A stretch of DNA of 64,000 bases from Octopus sinensis. Taxonomy: Eukaryota. Made by a program: the position numbers and the translations under genes. The stretch lies in NCBI RefSeq assembly GCF_006345805.1, contig NC_042997.1, forward strand, positions 171,058,001 through 171,122,000, read 5' to 3'. The notes below the pieces were generated by a model. That model was not told where the DNA came from, did not search any database, and was given only the letters and a program-made list of their open reading frames with translations. Below are positions 13,060 to 25,373 of this stretch, one piece after another (the stretch's first letter is position 1; each line of letters begins with the position of its first letter).

Positions 13060-13316
13060 TTAATCCAATCCAGTGTTGCAGTTGCTTGTGTTTAGGTGAA
13101 ACAGTTGTACTGGCAGAACATTAGTGAATTCAAACCATTGGACATAATACAGCGAAGGTAACAGGATAAAGACTGCGAAGCTCTCCTCTGATTGTTTAAT
13201 GCTATGTACCAGTGTTTCTCTGCTATATATGATTTTGCGGGGTTAATGCAAGCGAAAGAGTAAATTAGGAATCCACAGTAGTATATTTGCAAGGAATAAA
13301 TTTTGTTTTACTCTAT

Positions 13317-13698
13317 TACTTGTTTCAGTCATTTCACTGTGGTCATGCTGGAGCACCACCTTTAGTTGAGCACATCGACCCCAGGACTTATTCTTTGTAA
13401 GCCTAGTACTTATTTTATCAATCTCTTTTGCCGAACCGCTAAGTTACGGGGACTTAAACACACCAGCATCGGTTGTCAAGCAATGTTGGGGAGACAAACA
13501 CAGACACATAAACATATACACACACATGCATATATATATACGACAGGCTTCTTTCAGGTTCCGTCTACCAAATCTACTCACAAGGCTTTGGTCGGCCCAA
13601 GGCTATAGTAGTAGACACTTGCCCAAGGTGCCACGCAGTGGGACTGAACCCGGAACCATGTGATTCGTAAGCAAGCTACTTACCACACATCCACTCTT
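13317..13698 (-). mobile_element. tRNA-headed SINE family B, full length, CpG-decayed
   Basis: Full match from the TGTTTCAGTCATTT tail to the ACCACACATCCACTC head; internal CA/TA microsatellite; A-box TGGCTGTGTGG and B-box GGTTCAGTCCC on the minus strand. Confidence 0.9.
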
Positions 13699-14571
13699 AC
13701 GTTGTATTTATTGCAAGAAACAGCAAAATTTCTTTCTTAAGTATTTTACATTGTTCAATCTACAGAAATTAATGTGTGAAAAACTTAAGCTTATTTAACT
13801 GCTGTTCTGTTTAACCCCAGGTCAGGCTCAATGAAGCAAATCTATAGTATAGCCTTTTTCCATCTGTCTCTTTTTAATATGGTATACTATGATCTGAAAG
13901 AGGTTTAGTGATTTCTTAAATCAAGGACTGCATAAACAGTTAGAGGAAGCAGAAATGATCCCCAGCAGCAGCAACAGCCGTTCAAGAATTTGGACCTGGA
14001 GATCTCCATTTCCAGTGGTGTCGGGCATCAAAGAAGAGCCCTCGACTACAACAAGACCAAAGTTTTTTTTTTCTTTTTCCAAGGTCTGGGGTCTCCCGCC
14101 CCTAAGCCCTAGACCATCACCCTTACCTGTCTTGTTGCTTAACAACAACAACAACAGCAGCAACAGAATTCGAAACCAGAAATGTAAAATGTCAAACTGT
14201 ATATTCTGAAGTATATTATTTGGCCTTTCTACCAATCAAGGCTACCTACCAGTGCAAAAATTCACAGCACTGATAGAAATCTCCACATTTAAATCATCAA
14301 TTTCTATGTGTGGCCAAACTACAGAGAACAGTTTCAGAAGTAGTTAGTGTTCTCTATCATACACACACACACAGTGCAATACTGACCAAAGGTGTGTTCA
14401 AGCTAGCATCAATAAATAACAGTAGTGTCAACAGCAAGTGACAGTTTAATTACAGCTGGCACAACATAAGCTACAGACAGTTCTGTATAAGTCTATACAT
14501 ACTGCTGTATGATCTACTTTTTGTACTTACAGGCTGTACACTAGTGTGTCTTAATGTGTGCGTGGTGGGAA

Positions 14572-15060
14572 TCATCGTCATCATTTAATGTCCATTTTCT
14601 ACGCTGGTATGGGTTAGATGAAAGGCGGCGATCTGGCAGAAACGTTAGCACGCCGGGCGAAATGCATAGCCATATTTCGTCTGCCGTTACGTTCTGAGCT
14701 CAAATTCCGCCGAGGTCGACTTTGCCTTTCATACTTTCGGGGTCGATTAAATAAGTACCAGTTACGCACTGGGGTCGATATAATCAACTTAATCCATTTG
14801 TCTGTCCTTGTTTGTCCTCTCTGTGTTTAGCCCCTTGTGGGTAATAAAGAAATAGGTATGGGTTAGATGGTGAGACTGCAAGGCAGCACTGAGGTTGATG
14901 AAAAAAAGTACCAGTCGAGCAGTGGAAGGGAAGGAGGGTCGATGTTATCCACTAGCCCTACCACTACCATATTTTTTATGGCTGGTTGCTTTTCCTAATG
15001 CCAGCCACCTTACAGTGTGTCTGAGTACTCTTTCTTTTGTACCGCCTGCACAACTGAGAT
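14572..15060 (-). mobile_element. SINE-like family A fragment split by a family C insertion
   Basis: CATCGTCATCATTTAATGTCC start; resumes after 14869 with TTTCCTAATGCCAGCCAC. Confidence 0.6.
14621..14854 (+). mobile_element. tRNA-headed SINE family C, full length, 15-bp TSD
   Basis: TSD GGTATGGGTTAGATG at 14606-14620 and 14855-14869; A-box TGGCAGAAACG and B-box-like GAGCTCAAATTCC. Confidence 0.92.
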
Positions 15061-15364
15061 CACCAGAGCAGAAAAGAATAGGAAAGAGACGGGGAGGTGG
15101 CTTTATGCTAGGTTTGTGTGTGCATAAACATAAAAACTACACTAATTAATTACCGTATATAAAACCCAATATTATGTCAAATATGCACTCTTTTAGGTAA
15201 GTGTGTGTGTGTGTGAATGTCAATCGCTCAAAACTGGTTTTATTGTTCATGTTGCTCCATTTTATATCCAGTACTCTGATAAACAGATATCGATAAAAGT
15301 TAGATGGAAATAATAGCTGGGGTCTGTCTATATGATCGAACAAACAATTTAAGGTCATAATAGA

Positions 15365-15413
<49 letters not shown>

Positions 15414-15457
15414 ATATAATATATATATATATACACACACACACACACTTTTTTTTT

Positions 15458-15828
15458 ATTTGTTTCAGTCATTTGACTGTGGCCATGCTGGAGCACCGCC
15501 TTTAGTTGAGCAAACCGACCCCACGACTTATTCTTTGTAAGCCTAGTACCTATTCTATTGGTCTCTTTTGCCAAACCGCTAAGTTATGGGGACGTAAGCA
15601 CACCAGCATCGGTTGTCAAGCAATGTTGGGGGGACAAACACAGACACACACATATATATATATACAATGGGCTTCTTTCAGTTTCCATCCACCAAATCCA
15701 CTCACAAGGCTTTGGTTGGCTCGAGGCTATAGCAGAAGACGCTTGCCCAAAGTGCCACACAATGGAACTGAACCCAGAACCATGTGGTTGATAAGTAAGC
15801 TACTTACCACACAGTCACTCCTGTGCCT
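15458..15828 (-). mobile_element. tRNA-headed SINE family B, full length
   Basis: Same tail-to-head structure as 13317-13698. Confidence 0.9.
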
Positions 15829-15847
15829 ACATACATACATACATACA

Positions 15848-17040
15848 TATTGAATTGGCAAGAAAGTTTCATTTTTCACATATAGTGTTGTGATTTTTTA
15901 AATGTCTTTTGTTAATGCTGTGATTTTTTTCCTTTTGACAATTGATAGCCATTACTTTTAGCTTACTTTAGAAGCAAATGCATGTAATTTTGTTTGCAGC
16001 TGTTAGTTCAGTGTCAATTTTAACATGGAGGGCAAAACGAACATTTTCACCATATTTCGCTTTTTTGTTTCCATAAAAGTAAGAAAGCTGCTGAGGCTCA
16101 CAAAGAGATATGCGAAGTTTATGGTGTTGATTGCTTAACAGAATGCACATGTCAGAAATGGTTTTAAAACATTCCATTCTGGAGATGTTTCACTCAAAGG
16201 TGACTAACGTTCTGGTTGACCTTCTTAAGTTGATGATGACAGAATCAAAGCCAGAGGTTAAATGTATCACACACAATTGAAAATCACTTAAAACGTCTTG
16301 GACTTGTTAAGAAGCTAGATATTCACTTAAAACAACGAATCAATATTTGCGATATGCATCTCAAACGCAATGAAATTGACCTTTTTTTTTTTAAATGGAT
16401 CATCACTGGTGAGGAAAAATGGATTGTCTACAATAACATCAACTGAAAACGATCATGGTCCAAGCGTAATGAACCAGCACATACCATAACGAAAGCTGAA
16501 TTGCATAAAAGAAAAGGTCATGCTGTCAATTTGGTGAGAATACAAAGTTGTGTATCTTGAGCTGCTTCCAAGGAACAAAATGCTCAATTCAGGTGTTTAC
16601 TGTCAACAACTAATGAAACTGGAAGATGCAATCAATGAAAAATGGCCGGAATTGACAAATCATAAACGAATCGTATTCCACCATGACAACGCTAGACCAC
16701 ACATATCTTTGCTAACTCATGAAAAATTATTGGAGCTTGGTTGGGAAGTGATGTCACATCCACCATATAGCCCTCACCTTGCATCAACAGATTACCATTC
16801 ATTTCGAAGTTTGCAAAATTCTTTGAATGGTAAAACTTTCAATAATGGTGATGACCTGAAATCGCACCTGCTTCAGTTTAGGGCCAATAAGAACCAGAAG
16901 TTCTATGAGCATGGAATCATGAAGTTGCCAGAAAGGTAGCAAAAGGTCATTGAACAAAATGGAAAATATATGATTGATTAAAGTTCATTCTTTGAATGAA
17001 AAAAAAAGACTTATTTCACATTAAAAAACAAAATTACTTT
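15848..17040 (+). mobile_element. near full-length decayed mariner (DD34D) transposon; transposase pseudogene 16025-16981
   Basis: 5' TA+TTGAATTGGCAAGAAAGT TIR-like; MEGK..HF..I.....K.AAEAHKEICEVYG N-terminus; TGEEKW (first D changed to E), HDNARPH, HPPYSPHLASTDYH; stops, frameshifts and internal deletions; the track ORF 16550-16939 is its catalytic half. Confidence 0.92.
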
Positions 17041-17175
17041 AATCCTTTCTATCAAAGAGCATAGGCTCAAAATGTAAAAGACTTTCTATTCTTCCCGAGT
17101 GTTAAACTAATACACCTGCTTGTTGTTCCTATACCTGTATTCGTCTTTTGTTTTCTGTAAATTTGAACTATATAT
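17041..17175 (+). mobile_element. Penelope-like terminal-repeat fragment (degenerate hammerhead region) truncating the mariner 3' TIR
   Basis: AAGAGCATAGGCTCAAAATGTAAAAGACTTT...TTAAACTAATACAC, related to 61876 and 31515. Confidence 0.55.
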
Positions 17176-17814
17176 ATGTAAGTTGTTATTCGAATATAGT
17201 TATAAATCACACTGTCATCAGGCAGCCACAATCCAGCATGAAGTAAAGTCGTTAAAAATTGCATGACAAATACTAAGATATTTGATGAGATTTTTTTTAT
17301 TCCCTGATAACATATGTAGAACAGCATTACAACGGCAGACATTGTCCCACTTTAAGACAAAAGGTACTAGATCGTTAATAGCACGTTAGAATTTACAAGT
17401 ATTTAAGATAAAAAGCTTTTAGCAACTCACTAGCAGTATGTATCTGTGTAAAAATATCGTATATCCTTATCTAATGTATAATGAAGAGTTTAGGGTAAGA
17501 ACCAGCGTGAGAAATAAACACACACACACACACACATACACGCACGCACGCATGTTTGTATTTGTTGCTAATCAGCGAGGTCAATTTTAGGTTGGAAAAT
17601 CGAAATCGAGGTAGTTGGCGTGCTGTCGGTCAAAATGCTTAAGCAGTACGGCTTTACATTCTGAGTTCAAATTCTGCCGAGGTCGACTTTGCCTTTAAAG
17701 TACCAGTCGAGCAGTGGAGGCGGGCGTCGATGTTATCGACTAGTCCTCTCCACCACCACCACTCTAAAAAAAGATTTTAGGCCTTGTGCCTACAGTAGAA
17801 AAGATTATTATTTA

Positions 17815-18330
17815 CTAGCAGTATCGCCTGGCGTTGCTCGGGTTTGTAAGGGAAATAACTATATAAGCATTTTTAGAGAGTTACTTCCCTTATAGATGCC
17901 AATTTGGGCTTTCTTAGCCATTTCTGTTTTGGTGTCTTCAAGCCATGAAATCGTTGTTCTAAAAGAACGCTGGTCTCCTTGACAACGCTTTACGACGTTA
18001 ATTTCCTTACACTCCCTTCCCCACAGCTTCACGAGGGAGGGAAGAAGGGGGAGAAGCAAACACAGGTGCAGGTGTTTGAGCGTGGACGCCAACTCCGCCG
18101 CCATCGACACACGAAAAATTATGCATTAAAATGGAATAAAAATGATGTTAAATTATTTTTAAAATCGTAGACTCATCGTAGACGCGCGCTAATACTCAGA
18201 CGGGCTCGATATGAATCACGACTATAAGATACCCGAATTTGGTTAAACTGCACCGCAAAATGTGGGAGTAGTTAGGAATCTAAATCGAAGGGGACAGACA
18301 CTCACACAACTACAGTTTTATATATATAGA
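17815..18330 (-). mobile_element. non-autonomous Helitron
   Basis: Reverse complement starts TCTATATATAAAA (18330) and ends CCCGAGCAACGCCAGGCGATACTGCTAG (17815) at an A|T site. Confidence 0.88.
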
Positions 18331-19094
18331 TTTTCCGATCGCACCATCAGCTTGGATGCTAAATCGTTGTTCAAGCTTGAAAAAAAAAAAAAATTATGGC
18401 ACGAAATGACATTTGATCAATAAAGTGCTAGAAACAACAACGCTAATCTAAGAACAATGATCATGTTTTTTGTCTTTCTTTTTTTTATGACTGGAACATA
18501 ATACCGAGGTAAAATAATCGACTAAACATATTACATACGGGTAAGATAGAGATATGTTACTGATTCCTCGCTTCCCATAAACTACGAACAAAATAAAATA
18601 CAAGCCAATTTGTGTAGGTGTTTTTGTTATCTTGTTCGAGAAGCTAGCCAACTGGATCTGATTTGTAGCATGTTATTTTATTACTGTAGTTATTTTACTC
18701 GAGTTCATCTTGGCTGCTTCATACGTTTAACACCTTTCGCTTGCCAAGGTTTCTTCAAAGATCTTTTTTTTTTTTTTTGTACTCCCTCTGGTATGAAGGA
18801 GGGGGGGGGGGTGAATTAACAAACGATTTAGCTACATGGAAAATGAGAGCCAAAAAAAAAAAGCGAATCCAAAGAATCGGCCCTTGATAAGAAAGTACTC
18901 AAATCAGAACACAATGGGGAAAACAAGACTAGATAAAGGACCCTTTGTCTGACGAGTGTATCACGTGATCAAACGGGACATATTTCTTTGGCGTTTAGAC
19001 ATCGTACGTGATGTAAATTCCCATTTTTTTTTTCAAACACCTAAGTAGTTTAAACATGTGGAACAAATGCTAAGGAAAAATCTGAAAACATGTA

Positions 19095-19835
19095 CGGACA
19101 TTTAGTACAAACTTATGAAAATGCTTTGGACAAAGCAAAGGGACTTCTACATGGTTGTTTAATCTGCTAGAAATAGGAAGCATATTTCCTTCAAATCACC
19201 CTAACTTGTTAAAAAAAAAAACAGGACGCAATGGTGAAAAAAGAAGGATCTTTTCGGTTTTTAACATAATTTCTAGGTAACTAAAAAATTTTAAACTTCG
19301 TATACTGGTAGAATGTATTTATAAAACATCTTTTTCTCTTGGCTTTATTGAGAAAATGCTATAGTTTGTAAGATATTTGTTGTTATTTTTTCTTCAATTT
19401 CTGCAATTTCCATCAATCACTGACGTCTATTGAGGTAAAAAAAAAAACCATTCTGCGCCGCATGAATATGTCCCTCGTTTAAGAAACAAATTGGGTTTAT
19501 TTACATTTGTGTAGAAAAAGATACCCTTCCCCCCATCCCCAACCTTAAAACAGATTGAAATGCAATAGATCGATACTAGGGTCATAATTATGGGTGACAA
19601 TTTCATATGACACCGCTAGAAAAAACTTCCGTTCAAACCGAAAAGATCCCGGACGTTTAGTACCAACTTATGAAAATGCTTTGGACAAGGCAATGGGTTA
19701 AAACATCTGAAGTAACAAAGGGACTTCTACGTGGTTGCTTAATCTGCTAGAAATAGGAAGCATATTTCCTTCAAATCACCCTAACTTGTTAAAAAAAAAA
19801 CAAAAAAAAAAACAGGAAGCAATGGTGAAAAGGAA
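19095..19835 (+). repeat. ~150-185-bp direct duplication (19095-19245 and 19650-19835) flanking a MITE
   Basis: CGGAC.TTTAGTAC.AACTTATGAAAATGCTTTGGACAA...GCAATGGTGAAAA present on both sides; the right copy has an extra ~25 bp. Confidence 0.9.
19246..19649. mobile_element. MITE family D, no 8-bp TSD, left TIR shortened by a deletion
   Basis: GGATCTTTTCGGTTT...AACTTCCGTTCAAACCGAAAAGATCC; interior matches the other copies (orientation B). Confidence 0.9.
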
Positions 19836-20218
19836 AAAGCGACGGTCACAAGTGGAATGTTTCTGATTGCAGATCTATTAAACTGCGGCTTCCTAAACGA
19901 ACTAAAACGTTAATAAAGGAAGAGCTGTCCGTTAGCCGTCTAAAATTATCTCGGCCACCTGTGGATTTAAACAGTATTTGAATACAGGAAAAATACCCAA
20001 TTAAAGAAACCCTCGAGGGTTTGAGAGAGAGATGAAAGTAGAAGTAGAGAGGTCATAGTACTTGTTTTTCAAACCTGTCCTGATCAAACAGACCTATGAG
20101 TCAGACGTAGCCAGCCATGACCATCCCATCCTATTTTTTATATTTTTTTGCAGACGGTATAACCAGAACAATTGTCTTTTTTTTATGACGGTAAAATGTG
20201 ACTAGAGGGAGATTTGGC

Positions 20219-20614
20219 GGATCTTTTCGGTTTGAACGGCAGTTTTTAACATAATTTCTAGGTAACTAAAAAATTTCAAACTTCGTATCCTGGTAGAATG
20301 TGTTTATAAAACATCTTTTTCTCTTGGCTTTATTGAAAAAATTCTATAGCTTGTAAGATATTTGTTGTTTTTTCTTCAGTTTCAACCAATCAGTGACGTC
20401 TATTGAGCCAAAAAACATTGTGTCGTATGAATATGTCCCTCGTTTAAGAAACAGATTGGGTTTATTTACATTTATGAAGAAAAAAGATACCCTTCCCCCC
20501 ACCCCTAACCCTAAAACAGATTGAAATGCAATAGATCGATACTAGGGTCATAATTATGGGTGACAATTTCAAATGACACCGCTAGAAAAACTGCCGTTCA
20601 AACCGAAAAGATCC
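20219..20614. mobile_element. MITE family D inserted in an older SINE
   Basis: Full TIRs; TSD GATTTGGC / CATTTGGC (7 of 8). Confidence 0.92.
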
Positions 20615-21686
20615 CATTTGGCTGCTATTTCAAGCAGATCGAACGACTACATTGAGATCCCCTCATCTCGTAGTGAGTGTTGTTCGTTGTCACTGGAAGA
20701 GAATTAATGTATTAAGTGTATTTCCTGCCATATAATAACCGTGCTGGGTTAAAAAAAAACATTTAAATACTTTGCTTTTCATTCGTTTCCTATTACAGAG
20801 CGATTACCCCTTTTTGTAAGACGTGTTCTATTTCATTGTTCAGTCGATACACAGATGCACTGAAAGACGGTCATATCTGTAGCAAAGCCTTTGATTACAG
20901 CTCACCTGGGGTCGACAGCAACAACCGCCGAAGTGTAATATGAGTAAGACATTGCTCTAATACATGGGTTTGAATTCACAAAAGCTATTCCATCCATGTA
21001 ACTTATTTTTTAAGTATTTAGGAAAACAAAAAAATGTCAGAATATTTTTACGTTGAGAATATAAATTTCACGAAATATAACATTATGGCAGACAACTAAA
21101 AATTGTCTGCAATAATGTTGATAGACAGGTTATCAATACAAAAGGAAATAAAAATGTTTATCACCTTCTCTGACGTCATTCAATCATTCTAAAAAAAGAA
21201 AAAAAAAAACTAGACAAAGTTCGTTATATTTTTGTGGTGTTTTACAGTCGAATTTTTTTCGACTTGACTCGCACTAATTTTATCGACCCCAGAGTGAAGA
21301 AAAGAAAAGCTGACCCTAGCAGAAATTGAACTGAAAACGTATGCTCTACCGATCCCGTCATCCATTACACTCGTCGTTGTTTTTAGCCCCAAGTCAGCCG
21401 AGGTCAAGCTGACCTATGTTCAGACATTCAAGCCATCCATGACCGTCGCGTTTTTACAATGTTACCTCACACTATAGTAATTAAATTACCCGTTTTTCTT
21501 TTTAGGATGGTAAATAAGCTACTATTTCAAACGAGTCGAACGACCATCACCTAAAGGCTTCCTCTTTTGACTCGCCACTACCCGCATTGTAGGTTCGGCT
21601 GCTATTTCAAGCCGATGGAACGACTACATTGAGGTTCCCTCGTCTCGTAGTGATGATAGTGAGAGTGTTGTTCGTTGTCACTGGAA

Positions 21687-21939
21687 CCTTCTCGAGTCAC
21701 GCCTAGCTCATAAGGGTCGGCTTCCCGGTTTCCTTGGCGTATAGGTTCCCCACCTGCACGGGACGCCGGTCCGTCGCAGGTAAGCTGCAAGATGCAGGAG
21801 GAAAGAGTGAGAGAAAGTTGTGGCGAAAGAGTCAGCAGAATTTCGCCATTACCTTCTGCCGTTCGCTCATAAATACACACATCGCCCGGTCTGAGATTCG
21901 AACCCGCGATCCCTCGACCGCTAGGCCATGTGCCTCCAC
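21687..21939 (-). mobile_element. tRNA-headed SINE (family F-related), 9-bp TSD
   Basis: TSD TCACTGGAA at 21678-21686 and 21940-21948; minus-strand head GGAGGCACATGGCCTAGCGG...GGGTTCGAATCTC; empty site visible at ~20690. Confidence 0.85.
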
Positions 21940-23549
21940 TCACTGGAAGGGAATTAATGTATTAAGTATATTTCCTGCTATATAATAGCCGTTAAACATT
22001 TTGGGAAAAGGATGTGGGTGTATCGATTAAATCAGTTGACCGGTATTGTTTTAACGACCCTGTTGATAAACAGACATAACTAAATACCGTAATGCCTTTT
22101 GTCTACTACCCCCCTCATAATGAAGCAGCAATGCGGGGGCGCAAAATGAGTAATTTCAGATTTCTAGTTATTTTCTCCTAACCTGTTTGAAACTATTACG
22201 TTACTAGTATTGCATCATCACTGCACTGTTGCTTCGTCTTTGGGAGTAAAAATTAGCCAGCATAGTTGTTGAAATTGAGAGAGTTTGAAAGAAAATCAGC
22301 TGACAGGTACTTATTTTTGGTGTTTAACAATCACAATTGTTTTCTCTATTGGATTCCAAGTCGGTTTTTTTTTTTTTTGTTTACCACCGGGGCAAAATGA
22401 GGAATAACTAATTTCAATAATTTCATTTCTTTAACTATATGGTGCGTAAATATATCATGAAGAGAGCCAGTCCAGCAGATGTATAATTAGAGCACTGCAT
22501 ACGGCAATATTCGTCCGGAGAGAGTCTCTCATAGACATTCAGTGCATAGAAGCACTGAGATATCGGTAGAGCCATCAAGCATTGGTAGCAGAACTGCTGT
22601 ATCACGTTATTTCGGTGTGCTTTGTAGTAGGTATCCACTAACTAACCCTGCAAGCTAACCAATTCTCCCTTCCACCAACATACAGAAGAAAAAACTATGT
22701 ACGCGCGCATATATACAAACAGCATAGCTACAAAATGGTCGAATGGCTAAAAAATGTGTTTTGCAGCTACAGGGACTCCAGTTTGATCCCACTATGTGAT
22801 ATCTAGGGTACAACTGTCAAGTTCTTATAGCCTTGGGTCGACCGACATCTTGGTGAGTGAAAGTGTTTAGATGTTAAGAAGATTCGTACATGTAATTTAC
22901 GAAAAATAAAAGTGGGGGTTGTAGCAGACATACAATGTGTTACATTGTATAATGCTTAACCATATAGTTGTTAATTCAAATGACTGAACTGAAGCCTTAT
23001 TTATTGCTGGTAGGGACAGCGTATTTTGTTTTGCAACCATAATATACTACTAAGTATATTAAAGCTTTATAAGTCAATACTGCGTTCTACTTTTGTGTTA
23101 GCAGTGCGTTGTTTTCATCTTTGAAGTTTATCTACTGAATTTTCTATAGAATTTAGAGCCAACATTACGAATACGTTTATATAAACAATACGACCAAAAT
23201 ATAAAAAAAAAGGGTGATATGTATTATTTCAGAAGTTATTGCTCTTTCTTCAGTACCACATCCAATCCATTAACTATCCATGAATACATTGCTTAAATAC
23301 GCACTAAGTTTAGTGGTTTAACACTACTGGATAGACAATGTTAATTCTATAGCGAATCGTTATTGTCGAACGACTGAGATCCGGCTATACATACATACGC
23401 ACAAGAGTCTATCAACTCGTTTTAAAAATGCATAATAATACCGAATGCACACACGGATGTTGAGAAAAATTATCAGAAATCATCAATATATTAAAGATCG
23501 GGATTTGGATGTGAAACAGCAATATCTAAATAATAGGGAAAATAATTTA

Positions 23550-24110
23550 AACAAGAGCACTCAGAGAGCGCAAACCTCCGCCAAGGCAACACCAACGTCC
23601 TCTAAGCGATTAGCCAGAGATAATTTTTAAAATGAGAATATCTGAAATAAACTCAACTGCTCTCACAAAAGAGAATATTAAAAACGAACCCGACTGCTCT
23701 TAAAAATTAAGTAAAAAAAAAAAGGACGGAAAAATAATCCAGAATCCTTGTCCGGTGGTTGTCATGGAATGTGAAGGTGGCTGAAGAAAATTTAGTAACA
23801 GAAATAAATAACCTATCCTTATCTAATGCATGCCAAAATTAACAAATTCACCATTCAAAATAGTTACAGCCTAAAGTCTTGAGAAAGACTTGAAAGTTAA
23901 CGTAAGATCGTAATCACGTAAAGTAAATATAACAAATAATCCAGAATCCCTGTCCGGTACCGGGCCGATCCAATTAGTTCGTGCCAGTCACGAGGTCAAA
24001 CATCCCTGAAAGTTTCATCCAAATCCATCCAACAGTTCTTGAGATGTCTTGTCCACGGACAAACAAACAAACAAACACAACTGAAAACAATACCTCTGCA
24101 TTGAGGTAAA
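23550..24110 (+). mobile_element. putative Helentron/DINE-like non-autonomous element
   Basis: 5' subterminal ACCTCCGCCAAGG; 3' (ACAA)n microsatellite followed by hairpin ACCTC-TGCATT-GAGGT; internal repeat AATAATCCAGAATCC.TGTCCGGT twice. Confidence 0.45.
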
Positions 24111-24238
24111 AATTTGGCTTTAAACATGCTTTTATGAGGACACTGATACGATTCCTATGTTAAACCCCATATAATTTTTACAGAACACTAAGAAGGAAGG
24201 TATTTCTATTCTGCTCTGGTAAAATGTATAATACAGTT

Positions 24239-24278
<40 letters not shown>

Positions 24279-24337
24279 GGACTCTTTCGCCAGTTTCGCA
24301 TGTACACACTCACCTAGTAATCTAGTATGTATGTTGA

Positions 24338-24665
24338 GGAGGCGCAATGACCCAGTGGTTGGGATAGCGGACTCACGGTCGTAGAATCCCAGACCGGGCG
24401 TTGTGAGTGTTTATTGAGCAAAAACATCTAAAGTTCCACGAACCTCCGCCAGGGGATGGTGGCGAACCCTGCTGTACTCTTTCACCACAACTTTCTCTTT
24501 CTTCCTGTTTCTGTTGTACCTGTATTTCAAAGAGCCAGTCTTGTCACACTGAATCTCCCCCGAGAACTACGTTAAGGGTACACGTGTCTGTGGAGTGCTT
24601 AGCTATTTGCACGTAATTTCACGAGCAGGCTGGAACCCTCGTCGTCATAACCGACGGAGTGCCAC
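24338..24665 (+). mobile_element. tRNA-headed SINE family F
   Basis: GGAGGCGCAATGACCCAGTGG head; colinear with the complete copy at 53368-53751. Confidence 0.85.
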
Positions 24666-24670
24666 GAGTA

Positions 24671-24716
<46 letters not shown>

Positions 24717-25373
24717 AACACACAAGATGTCAATAAATAGTAATACAAAGAGTTCAAATATGGGTATAATTTCATGTCACGACAAACCACTTTTTTATTT
24801 TGTTGTAGTATTATCTATAAACTATAAAATGTCAGTAAAATTTTCGTCGGATGCCAACGACCGAGTCATTGAGAATTAGACATACGCACAATGAAAGTAA
24901 GGTGGGGTGGCACTTATATCTTTTAACGTGTATCTGTCTGTCCAAATATCGATCGGTCGATTTATAATAGCTATTTATGTATATGTCGATTTAATAATCG
25001 ATTGAACAAACTGACAGAAAAATAAACAGATAGACGTATATAGTAGACAAACAAGAAATAGATATGCACTACCAGAAAACAGATTAACAAGCATAAACAT
25101 AAGTAAATAAAAAAAATGTAGTTAGATAACAGCAGATAAGCGTGAGTGAACGAAAGAGGAAAAAGTGAGAGAAGTCACTGCGAGTGCTAAGTGGTCAAAT
25201 GTAATCCAATACAACTTAAGTCGTCCGTTTATCGGTGGTTAAACCTGCGCTCACACTTGGGTTACCTGGTGTGTGTGTGTGGGGGGGGGGTAAAAAATTC
25301 TAACAGATCTAACAGGGTTCCAGCCTGCTCGTGAAATGGCTGAGCACTCAACGACTATATACAACAATAGCGA

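Noticed and set aside
13921-14235. Overlapping 104-aa and 84-aa ORFs with a strong AG|GTAAGG donor on the minus strand
   Set aside because: Low-complexity CAA/CAG content and no recognisable domain; may be a LINE 5' UTR remnant, and could not be supported as coding.
16550-16939. 129-aa ORF as a functional gene
   Set aside because: It is the catalytic half of a dead mariner transposase with upstream stops and frameshifts and a premature stop replacing Trp.
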